The notes: generated from the letters alone by a model not told the origin. A stretch of DNA of 61,959 nucleotides from a virus (IMGVR_UViG_3300026274_000003:1-61959), one strand, 5' to 3'. Shown: positions 37,701-47,056, counted from the first letter of the stretch. Numbers and translations: made by a program.

Positions 37701-40700
37701 TAGTAACGTTTGTTGTTTGCAGAGTCCCAGTATTGTCTACATAAGTCTTCGATACTAGATGGTCACCCTTGTCGTATACCCAGACACGTGATGTATCTTC
37801 AATCGTAACCGTACCAGCCTGAATTCTAGTGTTCAGTGAATCAAAAGAACTAGCAGTGACTTCAACTTCGGTAGTTCTAACATAACCTGCTGTTGGTAGA
37901 TCATTGTCGTGTATGCGGTAATCTGACTTCTCAGGGAACAATGCGACAATTGGTTCTCCTGACGCAGTATTTCCTGGTGGCATGACCCAACGACTGTCGT
38001 TGTTATTGTCATTGGAATACAAAGTCATAGTCAAACTGTCAACATTCTGCAACGCAGTTAATGCGGACGCATCTAGTGTTTCGTCAGTGACATCCACCAC
38101 ATCGATACGTTGTGGTTCTTGTCTGATATCATCGCTAGTCAACAAGAATTCGAATACGTTTTCTTGCATAACGCTACCATAGTTACTAACACGGAATGCC
38201 CATTCTTCAAGGAATTCCAAATTAGTAGAAGCAGTCAACACGGTATTACGCAACAATTTGTCAAGAGCGCCAGGCGTTCCCTTTTGTTGAATCATACCTT
38301 GATAGAATTCAAACTGATTTAGTTCACTATCAAAGATATTATCCAAGAACGACTGTGATTGGTAACCAATTTGATGACGTGCATAGTCACGCATTACTGA
38401 GTAAACTGGTTGCTCAATACTGTACATGTTGCGAACGTCTTCAACTGTTCTATCAAAACTAGGAGTCATCAAGTTGTCAGTGATCAAGAAACCAGGAGCG
38501 TTCAACGTACCAGTCCAAGATGTACTGATGTTGAAGTTCATTCTGATTCGATTTTGACGCAAGTTGAACAATGGTTCGTAGATCACATCATTGAATTTCG
38601 TAATGTTATCAAAGATCAAACAATGCTCAACTTCAGCAATACTCAAACGTAACCCGTAAATACCAGAATTGGTTGCTGATACTGTGATTTCACCGTTTAG
38701 ACGATTGACCTTAGTTGCTTTAATATCTACAGCGGCACCAGTTTTATCCAAGATTGAATACACACCATTAATGATCTGTTCAATTGGTTGAATAGCACCA
38801 TGTGCGGTCTTAAATTTCACACCATCAGCCAATGGGCTAAGGCTGATGAATGTGCCTGGAGCCCATGACACTTGTGCCCAGTTTAAGAATTGACGAACAG
38901 CTACACGGAAATCGTTATTGGCATTATTATCTGAATTGAAGCTATCAAATACCCAACCAGCACTTTGCAGATACAGTTCATAACCAGCCAAGAAGTTTGC
39001 CACATCTTGTGGTTTATAAAACACAGTACCGTAAGGAACAGTTTGCACCGTTGCATTTACTTGTGCTTTGGTGTAAAACAGTAAAGATGGTGGAATAGCA
39101 GTAGACAAGCCGGCTTGCAAACTCCAGTATTGTTGTTCAAAAGCAGAACCACTTGTGTGAGTTTTCAAGCATTGGTATACCGCATTTTCGTAGGCAATCA
39201 ATACACCAGTTTGATAGTATGTATTTGGTCTCCAAGGATTGGACGGTGTTGGCATTGAACCAAGAGCAATCGTGACCTTTGGACCAGTTGTGTTAGGTGG
39301 CAAGATATTGAATACTGGATTCAGTACGTCATATCCTAGAACCGACCAGCCATTACCAGTCCACTTTACAATTACGCCACTGTAGAATTCTTCACTAATA
39401 CTTGGTGAATTATACAATACGACATTAACGTTTTCACTAGGCAATACCCCTTGACTTTCAGTACTTGCAATCATAGTCTTTGAGTCAGTGAATGCCCCAA
39501 CCTTATAGCCCAATTGTACGCCAAGTCCTCGAACGTGATCACCAAAGGTAGTAGTGATATCTTGACCCTGCGAAGTAACGTAATCGGATATCCACTGTTG
39601 CAGACCAATTACCTTCAAGGATGCTTTGTTCACAACTTCGTTGTGAACTGTGTATTCAGTGAAGTGTTTACGACGGCCGAGTGACTTACTAATTATTTGA
39701 TCTGATTGCGTTGGAAATACGGTAATGTTGTCAAGTGGTTCCCAATTGGTTTCTACGAATCGAACTGGTTTCAGCAAGTATCCCATCTCTGATAGGATGA
39801 AACTTGTATATTCGCTAGTCAACCAAGTGTATTCAACTGGAGCACAGTCACCAAATACCCAGTTATTTGCGAACAATTCTTCATTACCAAGGTTCACCAC
39901 GATACCGGCAGCAATAGGATCCAACAGAACACCATTGGCATCAACTGGAATGTACTTGCTGAAGTTTGCTCGAGCAAATGTGGGATCCAACACTGGAGCA
40001 GACGGTGTTCCTACGTTACCAGCTGTAATAGCGGCTACCAGTGCGTCTCGTTGAGCTGGAATCGTCCAGCTATAGTTAGCATCCCAAGTAGCGGGTTTGG
40101 TAGTGAATCCAAGCATTTCCCAAGGATGCGTATCTGGGCGAACTGTATCGAAGTAATAACGATAGATGCCACGCCAGTGTCCTGGAATTGCTTGACCATC
40201 AATATCAAGTACTGAACTAAAGTTCCAAGTCCATACATTGTTTTCATCAAAATTCTTATTAGTGCGGAAGTCTTTTTGACCTTGAGCAGCCCATCTTTCA
40301 AATATCGGCGTAGCAACTTGAGTGTATTCAGTAACTGAATAGTCAGTTGTACGGAACTTACCAGGAGTATGTGCCATGACGTCAAACTGTGGACGTCGTG
40401 TATTTTGCAACGATGAATCACAAGCACTGTAAAGCTGCTGTTCGTAGGCAAACATAATTTGATCACGCACGTCAATACTAGTGGCAACCCCGTCAACCAA
40501 CAATCCAGTCGCAGTGATTTGAACATTAGTAGATGCCACTACGGTGAAGCCTGGCAAAATACTACCATCGTGACCACGCAACAGCAAGTATGTGTTTGCG
40601 CCGCTAACTTGTAGGAGATATTCAGGAGTCCACAATGGTGTGATACCCAGATATGCACCGGATGCAGGAATGAAGTAGTTTGCACCACCCATACCGTTGT

Positions 40701-42975
40701 TAAAGAACGAGAATGACGAAGTCTTAGTGATTTTCAAATAGTTCAATGCTGTTGCCAATGAGGCAGCAACAGTTGAAATAGTGCCAGACGTGTACATCGT
40801 AGTGAGATACTGAACAAGCTTTGCACGATAGCGGGCGTATTCACGCGACACGTACAAGAATGTTTTCATAACATCTAGATTGGTATTAGCCCCAAGCAAC
40901 ATTGATTTCAACAATGTACCACGATTTTGAACAATATTAGTACCAGTAGTCAGTACGCGGGACTGGCTTGGGTACAACCAGTTATTAGCAGCCAGGATCT
41001 GTTGGAATTGCGGGAACCAATCATTACGCGAAATAGTTGTGATATCGTCGTTATTTGGATTAGCCTGCAAGTTTTGTGGGATTTCATAGAACCCAGTAGT
41101 TGAATCAATAGCTTGCGTGGTTTGACCAGCATAGCGCCAGTTGGTTTCATAATTGACAACAACGTTATTGTTACTGTCAAGTGTCATGTTGGTAAAATAC
41201 TTCAACCCTGTATAAGTTCCAGCAGTTGACGTGATGACATCAGTATTGAGATTATTGGTGAATTCAAACGATCCATACGTATTGAATACTGGTGCAATAT
41301 TCAATACTGAGTCAACTGCATTAGTTCCAGTTGTATCTATAGAGTAGGAAAAAATCTGAGATCCAGCAAAGCTCGAATTCAAGTATGAACTGCTATTACC
41401 AAAGCTCACACCATTGTTATCGAATAGGTCAAACAACGGGGCAGCATTGCTGTATTCTTGTGCTTTTGCCCAAGTAGTACCGTTAAAGAAATATTCAATA
41501 GGAATATCAGGATTTGGTTCAACGTAAGACAGATCAACAACCGCGACCATATCATATAATGTAGCAGCAACATCAGCAGTTAGCGTGATGTTGTTATTCG
41601 CATCTACACCAACCACATAGATTTTGTTTGCAATAGTAGTATCAGTTGAATTCAAAACCAATACTCGTTGACCAGCAACTAGGGCATAAGTTCCAATTGA
41701 TACGGTATTAGCGCTTGAACCAACAACCACATTGCCGGAAGTCTTGTTTTCGGTTGTCGCATTAAACAAAGCCCAAGTTGAGGTACTTGTGTCGTATACC
41801 ACATCGACATTGGCTTGACGGCGAACACCGTAATTAAACAACTTCAAATTGTTGTCGAATTCAATAATTGGGCGAGTTGAGTTTGCAGGTAGGTAGTTGG
41901 GAGCACTGTAAATCACCAAGTTGGTATTATACCAATGATTGGACAAACTCCAAGGATTTTCGTCTATCGCATCACGCTCAATGGTCCAGTATTGCGGCTG
42001 TGATTTAGCGATCACCTTACCAGATTGATATTGCAAGTCAATGACCATAACGTCATTAGCTTCGGTCATTTCAACCACATACGCCAAGCCAGTATCCCAA
42101 CTATTGGTGTCCCAAGCGGCAACGTCCCAATTATGGTTCCAAGTGTCATCGATGACTTCTACACGCATTCCACGAAGTAAAGCTGGTGCTGGATCCAAAG
42201 TAATTTCTGGGTAAACAAACTGTTGATCTCTAATAATCAGCTTACCGTTACTAATTGAAGAAATTGTTTGATCTTCAACGGCATAAGCAGTTACTGGCTC
42301 AGGATAGGCATACGTTTGTTGACCATTGATGTTTTGTACGAAATTACCGTTTGTCCAAATTTGAATGACAGCACCAAGACTTGGAGCCGTAGTGAAAGTG
42401 ACTATGTCATTTGCATAGGTAAAATTGGTATTTGGTATTCCAGCCACAACCACTTTGACATCAACGATGGAATTAGCTAAAGCGGCTGGTGCCGGGAATG
42501 CAACCTTGGTACCATCACCAGTATAAGTGTTAACTGGTATAGTCATAGTCATAATTGGAGGACCATTTGGCAACCAGTAATAGTTGCGATAGTTTTCCAA
42601 TTTGTCAATGTTGATTGGTGGGCACCATGAGTAATAGTCAGTCTCAAAGAGACGGTTGTGATTGTTTACCAACGCACCTTGAAAACGCAGCTTATTTGTC
42701 AAGTCGATATAGAACAACAAATCTTGTTCGTTCCCATTGGTATCATCACTAACCATTGCTGGTTCTAATTGATAGAATGAGCGTTCGGTATCGTACTCAG
42801 GCTTGTAGAAGTCAGTTGTTGGATTATAGTAGGATGGCTTTCTTCCGATATAAGCATTTACATTAGTCAATTCGCCTGGTTGAAATACCTGGTCAATTGT
42901 TGCATTAAAGAACTTCTGTAGGGTTGTCGTTTGATTGATAACTGGAAGTTGCTTTATAAACTTGCGTTGTGCCAT
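31786..42975 (-). CDS. Giant virion structural protein (baseplate wedge, gp7-like position)
   Basis: 3729-aa ORF after gp6-like gene; EEWAFR, YIDEVKPYHVKIR; CBM5/12-like WRPNTYY...YQC...HTS; GDG...F..AP modules. Confidence 0.8.
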   Translation of the reverse strand: MAQRKFIKQLPVINQTTTLQKFFNATIDQVFQPGELTNVNAYIGRKPSYYNPTTDFYKPEYDTERSFYQLEPAMVSDDTNGNEQDLLFYIDLTNKLRFQGALVNNHNRLFETDYYSWCPPINIDKLENYRNYYWLPNGPPIMTMTIPVNTYTGDGTKVAFPAPAALANSIVDVKVVVAGIPNTNFTYANDIVTFTTAPSLGAVIQIWTNGNFVQNINGQQTYAYPEPVTAYAVEDQTISSISNGKLIIRDQQFVYPEITLDPAPALLRGMRVEVIDDTWNHNWDVAAWDTNSWDTGLAYVVEMTEANDVMVIDLQYQSGKVIAKSQPQYWTIERDAIDENPWSLSNHWYNTNLVIYSAPNYLPANSTRPIIEFDNNLKLFNYGVRRQANVDVVYDTSTSTWALFNATTENKTSGNVVVGSSANTVSIGTYALVAGQRVLVLNSTDTTIANKIYVVGVDANNNITLTADVAATLYDMVAVVDLSYVEPNPDIPIEYFFNGTTWAKAQEYSNAAPLFDLFDNNGVSFGNSSSYLNSSFAGSQIFSYSIDTTGTNAVDSVLNIAPVFNTYGSFEFTNNLNTDVITSTAGTYTGLKYFTNMTLDSNNNVVVNYETNWRYAGQTTQAIDSTTGFYEIPQNLQANPNNDDITTISRNDWFPQFQQILAANNWLYPSQSRVLTTGTNIVQNRGTLLKSMLLGANTNLDVMKTFLYVSREYARYRAKLVQYLTTMYTSGTISTVAASLATALNYLKITKTSSFSFFNNGMGGANYFIPASGAYLGITPLWTPEYLLQVSGANTYLLLRGHDGSILPGFTVVASTNVQITATGLLVDGVATSIDVRDQIMFAYEQQLYSACDSSLQNTRRPQFDVMAHTPGKFRTTDYSVTEYTQVATPIFERWAAQGQKDFRTNKNFDENNVWTWNFSSVLDIDGQAIPGHWRGIYRYYFDTVRPDTHPWEMLGFTTKPATWDANYSWTIPAQRDALVAAITAGNVGTPSAPVLDPTFARANFSKYIPVDANGVLLDPIAAGIVVNLGNEELFANNWVFGDCAPVEYTWLTSEYTSFILSEMGYLLKPVRFVETNWEPLDNITVFPTQSDQIISKSLGRRKHFTEYTVHNEVVNKASLKVIGLQQWISDYVTSQGQDITTTFGDHVRGLGVQLGYKVGAFTDSKTMIASTESQGVLPSENVNVVLYNSPSISEEFYSGVIVKWTGNGWSVLGYDVLNPVFNILPPNTTGPKVTIALGSMPTPSNPWRPNTYYQTGVLIAYENAVYQCLKTHTSGSAFEQQYWSLQAGLSTAIPPSLLFYTKAQVNATVQTVPYGTVFYKPQDVANFLAGYELYLQSAGWVFDSFNSDNNANNDFRVAVRQFLNWAQVSWAPGTFISLSPLADGVKFKTAHGAIQPIEQIINGVYSILDKTGAAVDIKATKVNRLNGEITVSATNSGIYGLRLSIAEVEHCLIFDNITKFNDVIYEPLFNLRQNRIRMNFNISTSWTGTLNAPGFLITDNLMTPSFDRTVEDVRNMYSIEQPVYSVMRDYARHQIGYQSQSFLDNIFDSELNQFEFYQGMIQQKGTPGALDKLLRNTVLTASTNLEFLEEWAFRVSNYGSVMQENVFEFLLTSDDIRQEPQRIDVVDVTDETLDASALTALQNVDSLTMTLYSNDNNNDSRWVMPPGNTASGEPIVALFPEKSDYRIHDNDLPTAGYVRTTEVEVTASSFDSLNTRIQAGTVTIEDTSRVWVYDKGDHLVSKTYVDNTGTLQTTNVTISCNDWDVLRAMPASTETLPNTIVQIVGGSVGLDITLFYPTNIVAGEYIYLASPVGTDPDIAGVYRAIAVNGDVVTIEAAVNVSVAYVPTTDTNGNLVANTGAPIVLRLVSLRFYENNSSTFATVFGVNPSYAYLGSIPVFTNTDIYQSVLPTAGGSLPKELTAYWSLLNDGELVYVDLGFLKSTQNQYPAHAKRWIVCEWSASEQQFNVFRTQAPRIYRDRIDSIALYDSVTALDNTSNLMQANPLLYQDIVSFDPVQSLIPGAAMREVAYKQEYDPARYNQGAETALGLEWDASQVGRIWWNLRTCRFLLSETNDLSKAGDDYATEMQYRQANWGSVAPDCAVELYEWTESDISPVDWHTNFVAGSDPTTYDGDIYNATTPSWVESQVYDNDSGTFVTKYYFWVKNRQTTPAVAFRTISAASAAAIIVDPASNGISWIAPIAANSLIVKAVSQYLTPTSAIQIRVRKNDAKVGKHSEWQLLRPNDPLSLPSAELFTSMVTSMVARDPLGNPVPNPKLYATAQVGDSLRDGQSWFINSTNARKHIVQYLNNYFASLLLSDERPYALTALTAVEHNQQYLQWTQTLGSAYIEPIPNEYQGQIRYGTLQELANANVPSGVVANFGTDTPFWSVMQTTKDSNNPFAVSTRWDQQVSSLTALSALTGLTVGTRILVTANASTANFWTVWEWNGTTFVIAETQRYDTSSIFTVVDWYATGYDSTMVPSLVFNSQTDRDLALGANPTVGYVLVNNDGQGRWMWQSFSNGVWTVVAKENGTIQLNPNVYGNTGPVLDITGTTIGAFDPIAFASMVNNRDMGLELNFFINALRDSVMTALELNNLFFSTVKYAHTEQDFIDWCFKTSFMYIQGFNANLIASPIASIDYTSDLLAYIDEVKPYHVKIRDFISKYGISDTAQVHATDFDKPVYFDASLPGYRVLNPNVPADIVILQTGNYADWYNNWQAGNNQVRKINVTLTFDRVSDDSIQTNGLAMDRLKEYWSGDVTSKPALSKIMKGILFNAATLSGGNYASPPFDVHALTFAPDVNGNFLITNAPSFVYFAQKFDAGSYRLPSDWDNIPYGGGSTAVDTAWDNPNDALDTGSDVWDSLTMTTWDNYLNADWNQLNNTGSQVGIWDAFLFQFNATTPEFDYTSGHRIEIFRNGSRLSLLNQDYIIIQDSNVANLWKIYISMDVMAAGDTVIIMLVAADTPQAILNGGALTTADSAYEAIINGSTLADPYHAADHPEELVDVNVVAGVRIKIHQTWTPGSAQMELTNMNLLESNTATLPIPAQSKQAIALYDNGTRVPQIDVTFDARDSEFTYLGTDVNSVMQAVVWGYGGTTYTAGTEEDNIVGMNYFNGDGTTVSFPITVDSYVLSTDTLIQYVTIDGIQATNFGVTNGVLTFSTAPALNSYIKIVSMRVTNVNSGFNIVEVTELAMSSMGSESLSGALGLTVAPRYIQSIIEVDGLRVMGSGIYEAFITPANPTLELDAVLDINNVTATFNWQPVIFGVDVRQNVIVPGNTRSVNLGANWAASDLIVTQGNSAPMIVSMIVGTAPGYSLGNLNPDHPEPNSLITVGWDEDSWDNVSTWDDPTFYEKYVLSPSNPDSSINLTMYEGRLINMQAYSTDIAVSIVYGDTLPNDLTGFTWTVVSSDPNAQATALMMGNQIEMLSVAGVVPTGDLIVYDASQAQYSDAVAFAPQFPNASRLTVTTFTKPDAFDMRTVTYDHISGDNWFPIPGTYDNVASLWVTLNGRKLIEGTQYYVNAADNGFDIPAWDEDARDRYAEFGPNSMAVRLNEENGVIAVAGDHVVITVFRAPHAKSPETTLTFLDPLRDFGIADRYSVIEDSDCYTLVTAMTQESTNVVITPVLSDATPLVSMFKLDRTIYHPGYMWVGQELIYFVEATFDSTANTITLENVIRGYRGSSIVNHPVNEEVLSVSTAKLVVPKYIIPTVTPAPIEWTDIAPAWDDNDQWTS

Positions 42976-45900
42976 TATGAAATCCGTAGATTGGAAGAGG
43001 TATTGGATGTAATGATCACAATATCACTTACCTGTGCTGTACTAATAAACAATTCGTTGCTGTTGCAGCGTACTTCAAACAAATTACCAAATACACCATT
43101 GGGTGATAGTGGTACAATAACAAACGAGCTAATCGCCGTTGCTAGTTGAATGTGAACGTAAGCTGCCAATTCGGTAAAGTAAAAGGTTTCTCCGAATTCC
43201 CACTTATTTACATCAAAATAATTGTTGATCGCCGATATAATATTTGAGCGAATTTCGCCGTCACTCATTGTAGTATTTGGAATGGTAACCACTTTAAATT
43301 GTGCTTGCACTGCTGATTCAGAAGTAGAACCAAACAAATACTTATACTGAACTGGACGCCAAATAATTTCGTCACTGAACATCTTATACTGTTCAAGATC
43401 ACTAAATTGTGAAGCTAAATCAACATCAGTTGGAGCTACTGGTACACTAGTTGGATCGCATCCAGCAGCAATCCATTGTCTAACCAAAAAATCGTATTCG
43501 GTAGTCAATACAAATGCATCAATCACATTGGTAATTGCTGGATCAATACGTACATCCAAACCAGCATAATGTTTCCATTGGAATGGTAAGTTAGCGGCAC
43601 CCTGCATTATCACATAGTCGCCAGTAGAACGATCAGTACTGGTTAGTGACGTATCATACGATTGCGTACCATTAAAAATGTAAAATCCTGAATTTGCAGG
43701 AGTTATAGTATTGTTGTAATAAAATACGTCAGTGCCAACTGTCAAGTCATTCCATCCAGCTAGTGGCCATAATGACTGTCCACTAACCCCAGTGTATTTG
43801 TAATATTCCAAGTCTAACTGTGGTTCTGCATTTGAATCTTGTGTGGTTGGGTCACCAAGGAAAAAGATCCATCCATCATTAATATTCTTCGAACTATTCA
43901 AGATCTTAGCAAACACTTCTGGATTGTCAGGACTGCCATCGCCATCAGAATCGGTAGGAGTAACCACAATTCTAGTCGGATCAATAAAACCGTCAGTCTC
44001 ATACATGCTGCTTGCTATATCCAAACTCAATTGACTCAGAGTAGGATCCATAAATGTGATATGATCAGTCATAGCCAAACCACTTACTGCATCAATGACT
44101 TGTCCAGAATCATCGTTATACCATTCAACGTTGTTTGCACTTTGAAATACGAACTTGGTACCAGTTAGAATTTCGATAGTCCAGAACATAGAACTCAAAT
44201 ATCTAACACTAGCAACAAATACGGCTGGTATTCCATTTGATGCTGCTGGCACCACACCTTGATCCATGATCAACCAAGTACCTGGTAGCTGTGTGCTAGT
44301 TTGCAATACGGTATTGACGTTGAACTGGTAATACAAGTCGAATGGACTTTTAGTTGTTATTTCGTTCTGAACTTGCTGTAATTCTGTAGTCAATTGACTC
44401 ACGGCCAATTGGGTCGCCAATGTAGATCTGAATACTGGACATATCATAGTCAACGCAGCACCATCAGGAATACTCTGATTCAATGTGATTGCGGTTGCAT
44501 TCAATGACAGCAAGCTAAGGGTGTTGCCTGTGTTCTGCACAATCGGGGCTTGTATAACTTCAGCCCACTGTGCAGTCGCAATTGGCGTACCGGTTGACAA
44601 ATCATTCCATTCAAATTTCAACAATGACCCAACCGACAAGTAACTATCCAAAGAATTAACAGTTGCTGAACTGGCATACGGATAGAAAACAAAACTACCA
44701 ACTGCACTATAACCAGCACCAATAGAAGCAGCCCATTGTACTTCATTGTCAGGCGCCCCACTAAACAATGATGCGATATCCATGCCATAGTCTACGCCAT
44801 CAGTAGGTCGATATGCGTTAGCTGATTCCATCCACAGATTCAAAAAGTAATCTCTGACTGTGATATCTTGCAACAACGGTTGCAGCTTGTTTAACGTAAT
44901 CTGTTCTGGTGTTAGATTGGCAGTTATAGGAATTTGGATATACTGTGTGGTTGGCATCAAATATACCAAACCGTCATCACTGTATACCACGGTGTCCTGA
45001 TAGGTCGATGTTGGATCGTTAATATCCAGGTATCGGCTATGTCCAGAATAAATTCGATTGACTGCATGCATCTTCACAATTTCGTTAGATGTCAATGGGT
45101 AAACGTTATAGTCTTCACCAGAAACCATACGGTTTTGAGCCGCAAACGCTTGTGGAGCACGGCGGCGAATATCGTCAATCGTTTCACTTGCCACTGCGTT
45201 AGAAATAGATTCCTGTAGAGTAAACGTTAGGGTCAATGTTTGGTTTCTACCAGTCACATCGATGTATGGAACGGCAATCGTACAATTTTGCATATCAGAA
45301 GTACGCAACTGATATTGCAGACCATTGACAGTTCGATACCATACGCGCAAATTGCCAACAGGCACTTCACCGAACGTACCATCACCGAAACGCAATGTTA
45401 CCTGATCATTGTCAGTAGTGATCACGCTAAAGATGCCTTGCACGCTAGCTGGCACACTGTTGTATGTAATATTGTCGGTAATAACCGCTGGTACTGGAGT
45501 CCACTGTTCCAAAATGTTATTCGATCCATCCAATGTTTGTACCCATACGTCAGTTTGGCTGATGTTGTTTGTACTCAGATCGATCGTTCTGTTTTCAATA
45601 GGATCCTGCAAGTAATAGGTGGTCTGATTCAAGGTTCCTTGTTTGAATAACATAAAGAACCCAGTATTCGCACTGCCATTACCCAGACCATCATTACAGT
45701 AAGCCATGTGAAACGGCTGTGAGGGGTCTGGTTGCAGTTCAGAGAATCCCGTTGTATCAAAATCCATATTCACAATTTCAAAGGAATCACTGGTTCCATT
45801 TACGTTGGCATCAAACGAGTAGACGCATGATGGATTACTCTGATTACTGACTGCATACAACTGTGATGTGATAGATGATATCAAATCAGTCTTCAATGGA

Positions 45901-46421
45901 ATACCAAACGGATTGGTTGTCGGGAAAGCAGCATTGAGTACGACTACAAACTGTTCCATCCAATCTGGATTATCCGGATCATTCCATGTGATTTGAGTAT
46001 TGTTTAGATTGACGCCAAAGCTGTCAAGTACGCTTTGTGACGTTGACACATTAACGATCTTCACCAAACCTCTGGCAGACTGGGCACGACGGGCGTTATA
46101 GCTCAAAAATCTAGCTAGACGCAATACACTTTCACGAGCTTGTGCAGTTTCAAGGAAGTTTTCACGAGCATTGACGTCTGTACGAAATGCCAATGTACCA
46201 GCGATCCATGAGATCAGATCGATTAAGGCAACAAATTCTGATCGTTCGATCCAGTCATTGAAGTCTTCTGGGTAATTGGTTTGAATATACGACTGTAGTG
46301 CCAAGTTGATACTTGCCGGATCACTTGCATTAAAGTTGATCTGGGTGAAGGCTCGATACAGTACGGTCCAATCTTCCCCAGCAAACAATTCAGTTTGGCG
46401 AATTTGTTGATTTGATGACAT
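42975..46421 (-). CDS. Baseplate wedge subunit (T4 gp6-like)
   Basis: YPEDFNDWIE.SEFVALID, ARENFLETA..RESVLRLA, FGDGTFG, QNRMVSGEDY. Confidence 0.9.
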   Translation of the reverse strand: MSSNQQIRQTELFAGEDWTVLYRAFTQINFNASDPASINLALQSYIQTNYPEDFNDWIERSEFVALIDLISWIAGTLAFRTDVNARENFLETAQARESVLRLARFLSYNARRAQSARGLVKIVNVSTSQSVLDSFGVNLNNTQITWNDPDNPDWMEQFVVVLNAAFPTTNPFGIPLKTDLISSITSQLYAVSNQSNPSCVYSFDANVNGTSDSFEIVNMDFDTTGFSELQPDPSQPFHMAYCNDGLGNGSANTGFFMLFKQGTLNQTTYYLQDPIENRTIDLSTNNISQTDVWVQTLDGSNNILEQWTPVPAVITDNITYNSVPASVQGIFSVITTDNDQVTLRFGDGTFGEVPVGNLRVWYRTVNGLQYQLRTSDMQNCTIAVPYIDVTGRNQTLTLTFTLQESISNAVASETIDDIRRRAPQAFAAQNRMVSGEDYNVYPLTSNEIVKMHAVNRIYSGHSRYLDINDPTSTYQDTVVYSDDGLVYLMPTTQYIQIPITANLTPEQITLNKLQPLLQDITVRDYFLNLWMESANAYRPTDGVDYGMDIASLFSGAPDNEVQWAASIGAGYSAVGSFVFYPYASSATVNSLDSYLSVGSLLKFEWNDLSTGTPIATAQWAEVIQAPIVQNTGNTLSLLSLNATAITLNQSIPDGAALTMICPVFRSTLATQLAVSQLTTELQQVQNEITTKSPFDLYYQFNVNTVLQTSTQLPGTWLIMDQGVVPAASNGIPAVFVASVRYLSSMFWTIEILTGTKFVFQSANNVEWYNDDSGQVIDAVSGLAMTDHITFMDPTLSQLSLDIASSMYETDGFIDPTRIVVTPTDSDGDGSPDNPEVFAKILNSSKNINDGWIFFLGDPTTQDSNAEPQLDLEYYKYTGVSGQSLWPLAGWNDLTVGTDVFYYNNTITPANSGFYIFNGTQSYDTSLTSTDRSTGDYVIMQGAANLPFQWKHYAGLDVRIDPAITNVIDAFVLTTEYDFLVRQWIAAGCDPTSVPVAPTDVDLASQFSDLEQYKMFSDEIIWRPVQYKYLFGSTSESAVQAQFKVVTIPNTTMSDGEIRSNIISAINNYFDVNKWEFGETFYFTELAAYVHIQLATAISSFVIVPLSPNGVFGNLFEVRCNSNELFISTAQVSDIVIITSNTSSNLRIS

Positions 46422-46819
46422 TAGTTGTTCCCCGTATCAGACCAAAGGGCTGATTCACTGTTATTGAAAGCGGTTGTAAAAGTTCCCATTATGTTCAATG
46501 GAACGTATGTAAGAAGGATTGCTAAACTGATGCCGCTGTCCAGTATCGTGACATCCACATTGTTAACCACCAATCTGGTGTCTTGCTGGCAAATACGAAT
46601 AGCCTCAGCAACGATTTGTTGCTGGTTCACGTCTGTCATTTGCTCCTCCAGATAATTCCAAATGGCACATCCTTGATCTGGTCGCATGACGCGTTCGCCA
46701 ATCATAGTATGAAATGCTATGTAGAGATCCTGGTTAATTAAATCAAGATCATACAGGGTATACTTACCCGTGGAATCACCCGATATGGTGCTGAAACCTA
46801 CAAACGTGTAATTAGCCAT
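46421..46819 (-). CDS. Baseplate wedge subunit (gp25/GPW-like)
   Basis: GERVMRPDQGC.IW, DTRL. Confidence 0.9.
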   Translation of the reverse strand: MANYTFVGFSTISGDSTGKYTLYDLDLINQDLYIAFHTMIGERVMRPDQGCAIWNYLEEQMTDVNQQQIVAEAIRICQQDTRLVVNNVDVTILDSGISLAILLTYVPLNIMGTFTTAFNNSESALWSDTGNN

Positions 46820-46843
46820 TATTAAATTTATCCATTATGTACT

Positions 46844-46874
46844 TATTTATTGAGTGAATTAAGTACTCAGATAA
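46844..46874 (-). promoter_or_regulatory. Bipartite late promoter
   Basis: TTATCTGAGTACTT-N10-ATAAATA. Confidence 0.7.
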
Positions 46875-46879
46875 TGACG

Positions 46880-46907
46880 AAAACCCAAGCTTTTACACTT
46901 GGGTTTT
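46880..46907. terminator. Bidirectional terminator
   Basis: aaaacccaag-cttttaca-cttgggtttt. Confidence 0.75.
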
Positions 46908-46920
46908 GTATTTGTTTGTG

Positions 46921-47056
46921 AACCAGAATCAATAGTTCTCTCTGGGTTTCCTTTCGTCCGTGAGGGGTGTTTTATCCCCGACACGATCATTAACCTCCAT
47001 GAAGTATTCCTGAAAGATTCGAGGAAGAAGCCATTAGAGTTACTACCAGGGAGTAA
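46921..47056 (+). ncRNA. Unknown structured element, copy 3
   Basis: accagaatca..agttctc.ctgggtttc...tcgtccgtga.gggt..cgatcat.aacctc..tgaa..gagg shared with 21313-21421. Confidence 0.6.

Noticed and set aside
46950-46966. Hammerhead ribozyme (tttcgtcc / gtccgtgagg resemble the classic stem II and GAAA)
   Set aside because: No CUGANGA core on either strand, and the GAAA is not kept in copies 1 and 2
46929-47000. Conserved small peptide gene (MEVNDRVGDKTPLTDERKPRENY)
   Set aside because: Copies 1 and 2 lack the equivalent in-frame ATG, copy 2 has a TAG within the motif, and the upstream block is in a different frame; kept only as a caveat
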